64,000 nucleotides of DNA, taken from the NCBI RefSeq assembly GCF_004353825.1, contig NZ_SMNA01000005.1, forward strand, positions 1 to 64,000, read 5' to 3'. Shown here in pieces: positions 30,775 to 42,383 of this stretch. Within the stretch, counting starts at the first letter, position 1. Every line of letters starts with the position of its first letter. This DNA is from Occultella glacieicola (GTDB taxonomy: Bacteria; Actinomycetota; Actinomycetes; Actinomycetales; Beutenbergiaceae). The notes beneath the pieces were generated by a model. That model was given only the letters and a program-made list of their open reading frames with translations, made no database searches and was not told the origin of the DNA. A program made the position numbers and the translations under genes.

Positions 30775-31401
30775 ATGATCGGTCCGACCCTGACGTTCCG
30801 CACGCTGTTCGCGCGCGCACTGACCATCATGGTCGCGGTGGTGGCGGTGTGCGCCCTGGTGTTCTTCGTGCTCGACGGCGGATGGCGCGAGCTGGCCCGC
30901 TCCGGCCCGGTCACGCTGTTCGTGGTCGCGGGCGTCTGGGCCCTGTTCTGGAACCCGCTGGTGGAGGTGTCCGACGGCGGCATCACGATCGTGAACGTGC
31001 TCCGGACCACGCAGATCCCGTGGCCGACGCTGGCCGCGGTGGACACCCAGTGGGCCCTGCGCGTCCACACCGATGACGGCCGCCGCCACTCGTCCTGGGC
31101 GGTGCCGGCCAGCAGCGGCATGGGCGCCCGGACCCGCCGACCATCGCGTTCCGGCGTGCAGAAACAGCCCGGCGATGCGGACCGCGGCAGCGCCGCCGAG
31201 GGCCGCACCACGATCTCCGGAGCGAGCGCGGACGCCGTCGCTCTGGCCATCGGGACGCGCCTGGAGGCGCTCACGGAGGCCGGTCATCTCGGGCGAGGCA
31301 CCATCGGTGCCGTGCACCCGGTCGTGACCTGGAACCGTGAGGTGCTGGTCGTGCTCGGCATCCTGGCCCCCCTGAGTGTCCTTGGCCTCACGCTGGGCTG
31401 A
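30775..31401 (+). CDS. Bacterial PH-domain membrane protein, antisense to the ABC transporter genes
   Basis: Two hydrophobic segments then WNPLVEVSDGGITIVNVLRTTQIPW; C-terminal hydrophobic segment. Confidence 0.8.
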   Translation: MIGPTLTFRTLFARALTIMVAVVAVCALVFFVLDGGWRELARSGPVTLFVVAGVWALFWNPLVEVSDGGITIVNVLRTTQIPWPTLAAVDTQWALRVHTDDGRRHSSWAVPASSGMGARTRRPSRSGVQKQPGDADRGSAAEGRTTISGASADAVALAIGTRLEALTEAGHLGRGTIGAVHPVVTWNREVLVVLGILAPLSVLGLTLG

Positions 31402-31418
31402 GCAGGTCCGGCCCGCCG

Positions 31419-32498
31419 TCATGACGCGTGGGCCTGGGACACCTCGGCCTGGCCGCGGCGCGCGGCGCGGGCCATCTTCCGGGCCGACGGGATCCGGCGC
31501 TGCCGCGGGTCGAACGCGTCCCGCAGTCCGTCACCGATGAAGTTCACGCAGAGCGCGATGACGATGATGAACAGGCCGGGCCACCAGAACAGCCACGGTC
31601 TGGTGCTGAACGAGGACTGGTACTGGTTGATCAGTTGTCCCAGGGAGACGTTCGGCGGCGTGATGCCGAAGCCGAGGTAGCTCAGGGCCGTCTCGAGCAG
31701 GATCGCCGAACTCATCAGCAGCGTGGTCGCCACGATGATGACACCGATGGCGTTCGGCAGGATGTGCTTGAAGATGATCCGTGAGTTGCTCGCCCCGGCC
31801 ACCCGTGCGGCATCGACGAACTCCCGCTCGCGCAGGGACAGGAAGTCCCCGCGGACGAGCCGGGCCAGACCGGTCCAGGTCACCGCGCCGAGCGCGATGG
31901 CCAGCGGCAGCGGGTCCGCGCCGCCGAAGAGCTTCCCCAGCACGGCGCCGATCACGATGGTCGGGACGGTGATGACCAGGTCGGTCATCCGCATCAGCCC
32001 GGTGTCGGCCCAGCCGCGGAAGAAGCCGGAGAGTGCGCCGACGATCACGCCGACGGCAGTGGAGACCAGACCCACCACGATCATCACGAGCAGGGAGGTC
32101 TGCACGCCGCGCATGACCCGGGCGAAGATGTCGTGCCCGATCTCGTCCTGGCCGAACGGGTGCGGGCCGATCGCGAAGCCCTCCGGGCTCCAGGGCATGG
32201 TCAGTGTCGGGGCGCCGCCCGGGTTGACGATGGTGTTGGTCTCGTTCGGACCGTAGGCCCACCACCCGGAGATGTACCAGGAGTCGGTGAACACCGGGAA
32301 CCCGATCGAGGTGAGCGCGAGGAGCAGGACGAAGGCCATCACGATGATGCTGATCATCGCGCCCTTGTGCCGGAAGAACCGGGCCCGGACGATCTGACCC
32401 TGGGACTTGCCCTCGACCTCCTTCATCTCGATGGCGTTCTCGGCCGATTCGACGCGCCCGTCGTCCGGGGTCGGGTCGGTCATGTGGTTGGCACTCAT
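31419..32498 (-). CDS. Peptide ABC transporter permease (OppC/DppC type)
   Basis: HPFGQDEIGHD, EFVDAARVAGAS and ETALSYLGFG motifs; ATGA overlap with the upstream permease. Confidence 0.93.
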   Translation of the reverse strand: MSANHMTDPTPDDGRVESAENAIEMKEVEGKSQGQIVRARFFRHKGAMISIIVMAFVLLLALTSIGFPVFTDSWYISGWWAYGPNETNTIVNPGGAPTLTMPWSPEGFAIGPHPFGQDEIGHDIFARVMRGVQTSLLVMIVVGLVSTAVGVIVGALSGFFRGWADTGLMRMTDLVITVPTIVIGAVLGKLFGGADPLPLAIALGAVTWTGLARLVRGDFLSLREREFVDAARVAGASNSRIIFKHILPNAIGVIIVATTLLMSSAILLETALSYLGFGITPPNVSLGQLINQYQSSFSTRPWLFWWPGLFIIVIALCVNFIGDGLRDAFDPRQRRIPSARKMARAARRGQAEVSQAHAS

Positions 32499-34030
32499 GC
32501 GTTCACCCGGATTCTTGGGTCGAGGACGGCGTAGACCAGGTCCGCGACAATGTTGGCCACGATCGCCAGGAACGCGACGATCAGCAGGTAGGCCATCACC
32601 GGCTCGATGTCGTTGCCGGCCAGCGATTGCAGGAAGAGCTGTCCCATCCCGGGTCTGCCGAAGATGCGCTCGGTGATGATCGCGCCCCCGATGAGGGTGA
32701 TCACGTCGATCGGCACGATCGTCGCGAGCGGGATCAGGGTGTTCCGGAAGCCGTGCCGCACCACGACGGTGCGCTCGGACAGGCCCTTCGCCCGAGCCGT
32801 GCGGATGTAGTCCTGGTTCATCACCTCGAGCATGCTGCCGCGCGAGTACCGGGTGTACGAGGCGAACGAGATCAGCATCAGGGCCAGCGTCGGCAGGATC
32901 AGGTGGGCGTAGGAGTCGAGCACGCCGACCCACCAGTTGCCGCCGAGGTTCGGGGTCCGGTCACCGATCGTCGCGATCGGGCGCCCGTTCACGGCGTTCG
33001 AGTTGTAGAACGGTCCCCAGACGCTCATCACCTGGTCGATGAAGATCAGTCCGGCCACCAGGAAGGCCACGATGCCGCCGGTGCGCGCCGACTGCTTCCA
33101 GTCCGGTCCGCGGTACAGGACCCCGATCCCGATCCCCACCAGGGCCGCGAGCAGGCCGAGGCCGGCCGCGATCGCCCAGTTCATGTACGGCGTGAGGTAG
33201 TAGAACAGGTAGAACCGGATCGGGTACCACAGCGCCACGCCGAGGGCCGCGCAGGTCAGCGCGGTGTAGAGCGCGCGCCGGTTCTTCAGGCCGGTGGACA
33301 GCGAGGTCACCGCGAACGCGATCACCACGGAGGTCACCGCCAGGATGACCGGTCCGATGTTGGGCTCGGACCACCAGCCGGACAGCTGCAGATACGCGAG
33401 GGCACCGATGGTGGCCGCCGCGCCGATCGCGGCGTTGATCAGTCGGCGCCGCAGCTCCCCACCGATGGCGAGCTGCCAGAGGAACCCCGCGAGGAGGCCG
33501 ACGCCGATCACCACGCCCCAGGCGATCCACGGGTCGGCCAGGAAGTCGTTGAACCCGATCGCGCCCCACTGCTTGAGCAGGACCGCGACCCAGAAGGAGG
33601 GCAGCGAGAAGAGCAGGAACGAGACGAACGTGATCAGGTAGTCGAAGCCGCTGTACTGACGCAGGGCGGAGACGATGCCGACCGCGACGCCGAGCAGGAT
33701 GGACAGCACGGTCGCGGCACTGACCAGTTGGATGGTCGAGATGATCGCGCCCTGGAGCAGTTCGCTCACGGGGCGGTTGGTCACCCATGAGTTGCCGAGG
33801 TCGCCGGTGAGCACGCCACCGATCCAGTCGAGGTAGCGCTGGACGACCGGCTGGTCCAGTTGGAGCAGCTCGATCCGTTGCGCGATCAGGAATTCCTTGT
33901 TCGGATCCGTGGACGTCCGCAGGTCCTCGAGGGGGTCGAGCGTCAGGTCGACCAGCAGATACAGCAGGAAGGACGAGACGAGGAGGATGCCGAGTCCGAT
34001 CAGAACTCGGCGAATGATGAATCTCAACAT
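32495..34030 (-). CDS. Peptide ABC transporter permease (OppB/DppB type) with extra transmembrane segments
   Basis: GDLGNS, DYIRTARAKGL and DPRIR motifs; 511 aa. Confidence 0.93.
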   Translation of the reverse strand: MLRFIIRRVLIGLGILLVSSFLLYLLVDLTLDPLEDLRTSTDPNKEFLIAQRIELLQLDQPVVQRYLDWIGGVLTGDLGNSWVTNRPVSELLQGAIISTIQLVSAATVLSILLGVAVGIVSALRQYSGFDYLITFVSFLLFSLPSFWVAVLLKQWGAIGFNDFLADPWIAWGVVIGVGLLAGFLWQLAIGGELRRRLINAAIGAAATIGALAYLQLSGWWSEPNIGPVILAVTSVVIAFAVTSLSTGLKNRRALYTALTCAALGVALWYPIRFYLFYYLTPYMNWAIAAGLGLLAALVGIGIGVLYRGPDWKQSARTGGIVAFLVAGLIFIDQVMSVWGPFYNSNAVNGRPIATIGDRTPNLGGNWWVGVLDSYAHLILPTLALMLISFASYTRYSRGSMLEVMNQDYIRTARAKGLSERTVVVRHGFRNTLIPLATIVPIDVITLIGGAIITERIFGRPGMGQLFLQSLAGNDIEPVMAYLLIVAFLAIVANIVADLVYAVLDPRIRVNA

Positions 34031-34140
34031 CGTGGGGAGATACCTCGCAACCGGCTCGGGCACATGGCCGTGGAGTCTACGCCGACACCACCGCGATGCA
34101 GCCCGAACCTCTAGGGGTGGGGAACCAGCTGATCTGCAGT

Positions 34141-34185
34141 CACGCGAGGGGCGCCGGGACGGGTTGTCCCGGCGCCCCTCACGTG
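34141..34185. terminator. Stem-loop after the substrate-binding protein gene
   Basis: GAGGGGCGCCGGGAC-GGGTT-GTCCCGGCGCCCCTC, perfect 15-bp stem. Confidence 0.75.
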
Positions 34186-34222
34186 CTTCGTCAGCTAGAG
34201 GCTAGCGCTGAACCGAACCGGC

Positions 34223-36091
34223 TCAGCTCGAGGCCTCTTCAGTGGCGGTCGTGCTCCACTCCCAGAAGTTCCAGAAGATGGTCGGCGAGATGGAGATCGG
34301 GTCGATGCCCTCGACCTCCGTGTTGTACGCCGTGACACCCGGGAACTGGAAGATCGTGACACCGAACGCGTCGTTGACGAGGTGAGTCTCGACCTCGGCC
34401 AGGATCTCGCCCTGGCGCGTGGTGTCGGTCTCGATCTGCAGCTCGTCGAAGAGTGCGTCCACCTCGGCGTTGGAGTAGCCACCGAAGTTGTTCAGGCCAC
34501 CGGTGCGGTAGTTCGCGTCGGACTCCGACACGGCCGTGGAGGTGGACTGCCAGCCGAACAGCGACGCGTCGTAGCCACTGGAGTCCTCGAGGAGGGTGCC
34601 CCAGTTGTCGTCACCGCCGTCGATCACGTTGAACAGGCCGTTCTGGCCCGCCGACTCGGCGATCAGCTGGTACTCCTGCTGACGACGCACGTTGCTCGCG
34701 CCGTAGAGGAACCGGACGTCGATCGGGGTCGTGACCCCGGCCTCCTCGATCAGCGCGGTCGCTGCCTCGAGGTCGGTCTCGGCCGGGAACTGCTCGCCCA
34801 TGCCGTTGACCGCGGTCACCACGTCGTAGTTCGGGGAGCCCGGGATCGAGGTGTAGGAGTTGCGGACCTCGGCCTCGGGGTTCAGCGACAGGATCAGGCG
34901 GTCGATGATGGTCTGGCGCGGGATCAGCTTGAGGAACGCCTGCCGAACCGCCAGGGCCGTCGCCTCGTCGCCGCCGTAGGTGGCCGGGTCGAACGGGCCG
35001 CCGTTGTCGAACATGACGTCGACGTGCTCGTAGGTGCCCTCGTCCTGGGTGACGATGTTGTAGCCGTCGCCGAGCGCCTCGAGCGAGGCCAGCACATCCG
35101 CGGTGGACTGCGGGGAGATCACGTCGACCTCACCGTTCTCGAGCGCCTGGACCTGAGCCATCGGGTCCTCGTTGTAGCGGATCGTGACCCGCTCGACCGT
35201 CGGCGCGTGGTCACCGGTGTAGTCCGGGTTCGCGACCAGGGTCACGTACTGCCCGTTGACGTACTCCTCGAGCAGGTACGCACCGGAGGACAGGTACAGG
35301 GACTCGTCGTCCGGAAGCGCGTCACCGAACTGGAAGCCGGTGTTCCAGAACTGCGAGATCGGGCTGAGCGCCTCGGCGTCGCGGTCGTTCACGGCCGCGA
35401 TCAGGGCGTCCTTGGCCTCCTGCGCGTCGTCGATGTCGAGCGCGTGCCCGGCCACGACGTGCGCGGGGACGCCAACACCGAAGTTGACCTCCCAGTCAGC
35501 GAACGGCTTGGAGTAGACGAGCGTGATGCTCTGGCCGTCCTCGGAGATCTCCGGGGTCTCCTCGACGAGGGCCAGGCCGGCGCTGGTGTTGTTGAAGAAG
35601 ACGCCGGCGTCGACCTCGTCCTGGTTGGTGACGTTGCCCTCCTCGTCCTCCTCGGCCTCCACCGTGTTCATGTGGCCACTGGTCGCGGCCCAGGTGAGGA
35701 GCATGTCCGCGGCGTCCACGGGGGTCCCGTCGGACCAGGTCACGTCATCGTTGATCGTGTAGGTGATCGTGAGCGGGTCGTCGCTGACCTTCTCGTACGT
35801 GCCGAAGGACTCGTCCGTGACGAGGTTGAGGTCCTTGTCGTAGTAGTTGAAGCTCGAGTTCATCAGGTACAGGACGATGGCGTTGGCCGTCGCGTTACCG
35901 GTCGCCGTGCTCGAGTTGTACTCGTAGAACGGCTGGTTCCAACCGATGTTGATGGAAGTGCCCTCGTCGATGCCGGCGTTGCCACCGTCACCGCCGTCAG
36001 TGCCCTCGTCCCCGGGCGGGGTGCAAGCACTGAGCACGAGCGCACCTGCTGCGACGGTCGCAGCCAGGGCGGAAATGCGCCGGATCTTCAA
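34223..36091 (-). CDS. Peptide ABC transporter substrate-binding lipoprotein (family 5)
   Basis: TTG start after AGGAGGA; lipobox LSAC; TWSDGTPVDAAD motif. Confidence 0.92.
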   Translation of the reverse strand: MKIRRISALAATVAAGALVLSACTPPGDEGTDGGDGGNAGIDEGTSINIGWNQPFYEYNSSTATGNATANAIVLYLMNSSFNYYDKDLNLVTDESFGTYEKVSDDPLTITYTINDDVTWSDGTPVDAADMLLTWAATSGHMNTVEAEEDEEGNVTNQDEVDAGVFFNNTSAGLALVEETPEISEDGQSITLVYSKPFADWEVNFGVGVPAHVVAGHALDIDDAQEAKDALIAAVNDRDAEALSPISQFWNTGFQFGDALPDDESLYLSSGAYLLEEYVNGQYVTLVANPDYTGDHAPTVERVTIRYNEDPMAQVQALENGEVDVISPQSTADVLASLEALGDGYNIVTQDEGTYEHVDVMFDNGGPFDPATYGGDEATALAVRQAFLKLIPRQTIIDRLILSLNPEAEVRNSYTSIPGSPNYDVVTAVNGMGEQFPAETDLEAATALIEEAGVTTPIDVRFLYGASNVRRQQEYQLIAESAGQNGLFNVIDGGDDNWGTLLEDSSGYDASLFGWQSTSTAVSESDANYRTGGLNNFGGYSNAEVDALFDELQIETDTTRQGEILAEVETHLVNDAFGVTIFQFPGVTAYNTEVEGIDPISISPTIFWNFWEWSTTATEEASS

Positions 36092-36389
36092 TGTTCCTCC
36101 TATGGATGGCATGGAGCCCCCTGTCCCGGACCGGTTCCGGAAAGACCTGATGGGTCTGACGAGGCAGAGCGTCCGCCATGGACACCGGAACTGTACACAC
36201 GCTCAGTTGCCATCTCGCCCTTTGGTCACAAGGTTGTGGCCGCATCGTTATCCAAGTGAGACCCGAGTGCGTCCCTTTCCGGGAAGTGGTAATGAGCCGG
36301 AAACGTCACTGCTATGCGCTGGTCACGTCGCTGCCCGACCTCGCGCCCGCCATCGCGACGGACGTCGGTGCACTCGTGGAACTGAGCCA

Positions 36390-36660
36390 ACCGAGGTCCG
36401 AGGCGACGCAGTCGCGGCGCGGATCGCGCTCCCACCGACCGACCGATCCCGCTTCATCGCGGTGGCGAGTTCCGCCGTCGGGCTCCTCGGCGTTGCCGAG
36501 GTTCAGTTCTACGGCTCCGCGATGCGCCGGGCATTCGGTTCGGCGCGGTTGCACGACCTGCATGTCGTATCCGAGGCCCGACGGCGGGGCGTCGCCACCG
36601 CGTGGTTCGCTGCGGCTCGGGAGGGAGCCCCCTCCCTCGGCGGGTGCCGGGCGCAACCCT
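36390..36660 (+). pseudogene. Degenerate GNAT acetyltransferase remnant
   Basis: ARLHDLHVVSEARRRGVATAWFAAA resembles GNAT motif A; no clear start or proper C-terminus; boundaries approximate. Confidence 0.5.
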
Positions 36661-36723
36661 CGCGCCGGACACCCGATATCTTGATGTCGAGCGATTCCCC
36701 GACCAGCAGAGGATCTTCTTCGT

Positions 36724-38943
<2,220 letters not shown>

Positions 38944-38972
38944 GCTGCGCGCGGCACGCGCGGGACGCATGT

Positions 38973-39014
38973 ACGACGGCGGCCGTCACCTCTCGTGGTG
39001 ACGGCCGCCGTCGT
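38973..39014. terminator. Terminator hairpin between convergent genes
   Basis: Perfect 18-bp stem ACGACGGCGGCCGTCACC with 6-nt loop, followed by CTTT. Confidence 0.85.
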
Positions 39015-39025
39015 CTTTGATCGGC

Positions 39026-39430
39026 TCAGGCGTCGATCTGCTCGCCGTGGTGGTCGGCGAAGCCCTCCGGGGCCCGGTCCAGGAACGCGGTGACCGAGGC
39101 GATCCGGCCGTCCGGCGCGAGCACCAGCACGTCGGTGCCGGTGGCGAAGGAGGTCCCGTCGGTCAGGAGGATCTCCCAGCGCAGCCGGGCCCGGTCCGGC
39201 AGTAGATCGGGTTCGTCGAGGTGCCGCAGGGTGGCCCCGCCGACGTGCCCGACGAACTCGTCCCGGAAGGCGCCGAGGGAATGCGCCCCGGTGAGGACAC
39301 CGACCGTCGCGTGGTAGTCGATCTCGTCGGTGAAGACCGTGGCCGCGACCCGGCTCCGTTCGGCCGGGTCGGCCGTGTTCCAGAACCGGGTGTAGCCGGT
39401 GATGATCCGGTCCGTCGTGGTGGTCGTCAT
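39026..39430 (-). CDS. SnoaL/NTF2-like protein
   Basis: GAGGA site; FWNTADPAER, ARLRW and GTDVLVLAPDGRIASVTAFLD. Confidence 0.85.
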   Translation of the reverse strand: MTTTTTDRIITGYTRFWNTADPAERSRVAATVFTDEIDYHATVGVLTGAHSLGAFRDEFVGHVGGATLRHLDEPDLLPDRARLRWEILLTDGTSFATGTDVLVLAPDGRIASVTAFLDRAPEGFADHHGEQIDA

Positions 39431-39506
39431 GTCGTGGTCCTCTCGTCGGTCGGCTCCCGGGTGGAGCCGGGACGTCCACGGTGAGGCGGCGACCGGTCGT
39501 GCGTCG

Positions 39507-39550
39507 ATGACGCGTGAGGTCATGTCCGTCGCCATGACCCCGGGGGTCAT
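39507..39550. promoter_or_regulatory. Two ATGAC-N7-GTCAT palindromes, probable XRE operators
   Basis: Copies at 39507-39523 and 39534-39550 in the divergent intergenic region. Confidence 0.75.
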
Positions 39551-39586
39551 TGCCGCAGGTCCACGGTTGTGGGCAGGCTGTTCGGC

Positions 39587-40381
39587 ATGACGATGACGAC
39601 GGGCGGGGCGACGGGCGTGGGCCCACTGGTGCGGCGATGGCGGGAACGGCGCCGACGGTCCCAACTCGATGTCTCGATCGCCGCCGATGTCTCCACGCGG
39701 CACCTGAGCTGCATCGAGACCGGTCGGTCCCGACCGAGCCGGGACATGATCGAGCGGCTCTGTGACGAGCTCGACGTGCCGCTGCGGGAGCGGAACGCGT
39801 TCCACCTGGCCGCGGGCCTGGCCCCGGTGCACCGGGAGCGCCCCCTCGCCGACCTCGGTGCGGCGCGCGAGGCGATCGACGCCGTGCTGGCCGGGCAAAA
39901 CCCGAACCCCGCGGTCGCCGTCGACAGCCGCTGGGACCTGCTCGCGGCCAACGCCGCGATGCGCCGGTTCCTGGCTGACACCCCCGAGTCCCTGACCGGG
40001 CCACCGCTGAACATGCTGCGCGTGAGCCTGCACCCGGACGGGTTCGCGGGACGCCTGCGCAACCCGGCGCAGTGGCGCCGCCACGTGCTCCGGCGAGTCC
40101 GCCGGCAGTGGGAGCGCACCGACGACCCGGCGCTGGCGGATCTGCTCGAGGAGCTGGAGTCCTACCCCGCTCCCCCGCCCGGGGGTGACGTGCGGGCGGT
40201 CGGCGACGACATCGCCGTGCCGATGATCCTGGGCACCGAGTTCGGGGACCTGTCCCTGTTGTACGCCGTGACCGTGTTCGGTTCCCCTCGGGACGTGACC
40301 CTCGACGAGATCGCCATCGAGACGTTCTTCCCGGCCGACGACACGACCCGCCGGATCCTCGTGGCAGCAGCCGCCGGCTAA
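39587..40381 (+). CDS. XRE-family regulator with MmyB-like ligand-binding domain
   Basis: SQLDVSIAADVSTRHLSCIETGRSRPS, LRERN and ETFFPAD motifs. Confidence 0.92.
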   Translation: MTMTTGGATGVGPLVRRWRERRRRSQLDVSIAADVSTRHLSCIETGRSRPSRDMIERLCDELDVPLRERNAFHLAAGLAPVHRERPLADLGAAREAIDAVLAGQNPNPAVAVDSRWDLLAANAAMRRFLADTPESLTGPPLNMLRVSLHPDGFAGRLRNPAQWRRHVLRRVRRQWERTDDPALADLLEELESYPAPPPGGDVRAVGDDIAVPMILGTEFGDLSLLYAVTVFGSPRDVTLDEIAIETFFPADDTTRRILVAAAAG

Positions 40382-41559
40382 CGCGGCGCGGGCGGAGCCG
40401 CTGCCGGGTCGAGCTTCATCTCACGTTCGGGCTCGAGCACGATCTTGGCGACGGCCCAGCCGACGGCGGTGACAGGTACGGCGAGGATGGCGCCGAGGAT
40501 GCCGCCGAGGATGGTGCCGATCGTGAGCGAGAGCAGGATGACCAGTGGATGCAGCTTCAGCGACTGCCCCATCACGACCGGCTGGAGGAAGTCCCCCTCA
40601 AGCTGGTTGACCGCGATCACCAGGATCACCACGATCAGCGCCGTGACGGGTCCGTTCGCGACCAGGGCCACGAGCGCGGCGAAGATCCCTGCCACCGTGG
40701 CGCCGACGAGCGGGATGAACGCGCCGAAGAACACGACCACCGCGAGGGGCAACGCGAGTGGCACGCGCAAGATCGCCAGGCCGACGCCGATCGCCACGGC
40801 GTCCACCAGTGCCACCAGCGCGGTGCCCCGCACGTACCCGCCGAGGACCTTCACGGCCGTGGTTCCGATCCGTTCGCCCCGGTCGAGGTGCTCACCCTGC
40901 AGCGGCGTGAGGAAGAAGTTCCAAATCTTCTCCCCGTCCTTGAGGAAGAAGAACAGGACCACGACGATCAGGATCAGACCCGTGATCACCTGACCGACCG
41001 CCGACAGGCCCGCGACGGCGCCCGAGCCGAACTGCGCACTCGTGACGAACTCGGTGACGGAGTCGAGCACGGAGTCCCAGTCGATGTCGAAGGAGACCTG
41101 GAACCGCTGCGAGATCTCCTGGAGCTCGGCCAGACCCTCGCGCGCAGCGGTGGCGAGTTCCTCCCATTGGTTGCGCACTGCGAAGACGATCCCGGTGACC
41201 ACGCCCCCGATGAACACGACGGCTGCGATGAGGGTCAGCCAGGTGGCGAGCAGGGCCGGGACCCCCCGTCGGCGCATCCATGCGACCACCGGTGTGAGCG
41301 CCGCGGCCAGGATCAGGGCGACCATCAGCGGGATCGCGACAAGCTTGACCTGCACGAGGGCCAGGACGATGACCGCGGCACCGGCGACCAGGATCATCAC
41401 CTGCAGCGTGCGAATGCTCGCCCGGCCGAGACGGTCCGTCCAGAGGGGGGACGTCCCGCCCGGGGCACGCGGCCCCGTCACCGTGGCCGCGGGTGCCGTG
41501 ACGGCCTGCCGAGCACTCCTGCCCGGCCCCCGCCTGCGCCGAACCCTGCCGATCACCAC
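40378..41559 (-). CDS. AI-2E family transporter
   Basis: FFFLKDG, FIPLVG, QLEGDFLQP and LHPLV motifs. Confidence 0.9.
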   Translation of the reverse strand: MVIGRVRRRRGPGRSARQAVTAPAATVTGPRAPGGTSPLWTDRLGRASIRTLQVMILVAGAAVIVLALVQVKLVAIPLMVALILAAALTPVVAWMRRRGVPALLATWLTLIAAVVFIGGVVTGIVFAVRNQWEELATAAREGLAELQEISQRFQVSFDIDWDSVLDSVTEFVTSAQFGSGAVAGLSAVGQVITGLILIVVVLFFFLKDGEKIWNFFLTPLQGEHLDRGERIGTTAVKVLGGYVRGTALVALVDAVAIGVGLAILRVPLALPLAVVVFFGAFIPLVGATVAGIFAALVALVANGPVTALIVVILVIAVNQLEGDFLQPVVMGQSLKLHPLVILLSLTIGTILGGILGAILAVPVTAVGWAVAKIVLEPEREMKLDPAAAPPAPR

Positions 41560-41653
41560 ATCTGCCCCCTTGGGCGTCGGGCGCGTCGCGCCTCCCGTTC
41601 CTCCGAACGTCCACCAGGTCCGCCCTCGCCGACCGCGCGAGACCTCCGTGAGC

Positions 41654-42265
41654 CTAGGCCGTGTTCTGCGGCCCTGCATCACGTACGCCCGCCGCCTCCT
41701 GCGCCCCCGCCTCGACGCGGGCGGTGTATCCGGACCACCACGCCACGTTGCCCTCCTCGGGAAGGTTCGAGACGCCGTCGCGCAGGCCGATCGCTCCGTC
41801 GATCTGCTCCCGGACGATGTCCGCATGACCGGCGTGCCTGGCGACCTCGGTCGCGACGTGCACGAGGATCCAGCCGAGCGTGACGTCGCCGTGCTCGCCC
41901 CACCAGGGCACCACCCCGGGTGAGTCGACGTCGAGCGCCGCGATCGTCTCGGCGGCGTGCTCGCGGACGCGGGCGTACAGGTCCAGGATCGAGGCCGTGG
42001 ACTCCTCGGGCGTCACCCACATGTCCGCGTTCGGCTCGGCGTCCTCGGCCATCCAGGGCTGCGGATCGGGGAACGGACGCCCGAAGACGTTGCCGAAGTA
42101 GTCGGACTCGACGGCGGCCACGTGCTTGACCAGGCCGAGCAGGTTCGTGCCGCTGGGCACCATGGGGCGGCGCAGGTCGTACTCACCCAGGCCGTCCAGT
42201 TTCCAGAGCAGCGCGTTCCGCTGCGAATCGAGGTAACGGGTCAGGATCGCCTTCATCTCAGCCAT
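41654..42265 (-). CDS. DinB-superfamily (DUF664) protein
   Basis: PSGTNLLGLVKH and HVATEVARHAGHADIVRE motifs. Confidence 0.9.
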   Translation of the reverse strand: MAEMKAILTRYLDSQRNALLWKLDGLGEYDLRRPMVPSGTNLLGLVKHVAAVESDYFGNVFGRPFPDPQPWMAEDAEPNADMWVTPEESTASILDLYARVREHAAETIAALDVDSPGVVPWWGEHGDVTLGWILVHVATEVARHAGHADIVREQIDGAIGLRDGVSNLPEEGNVAWWSGYTARVEAGAQEAAGVRDAGPQNTA

Positions 42266-42383
42266 GGGCCGAACGCTAGCGTGGGTCGGTGACATCGGCG
42301 GCGGCCGTCCGCTCGCGGTCCCGACACCGGATGGTGCCACCACCCGCATCGCATCGCCGGGGCACTCCTGCGAGACTGGCGCG

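Noticed and set aside
27206..30778. Very long antisense ORFs (1190 aa here; also 12456-15452, 36454-38970, 34382-36259)
   Set aside because: They are shadows of well-supported genes on the opposite strand; stop codons are scarce in high-GC DNA and no motifs are present
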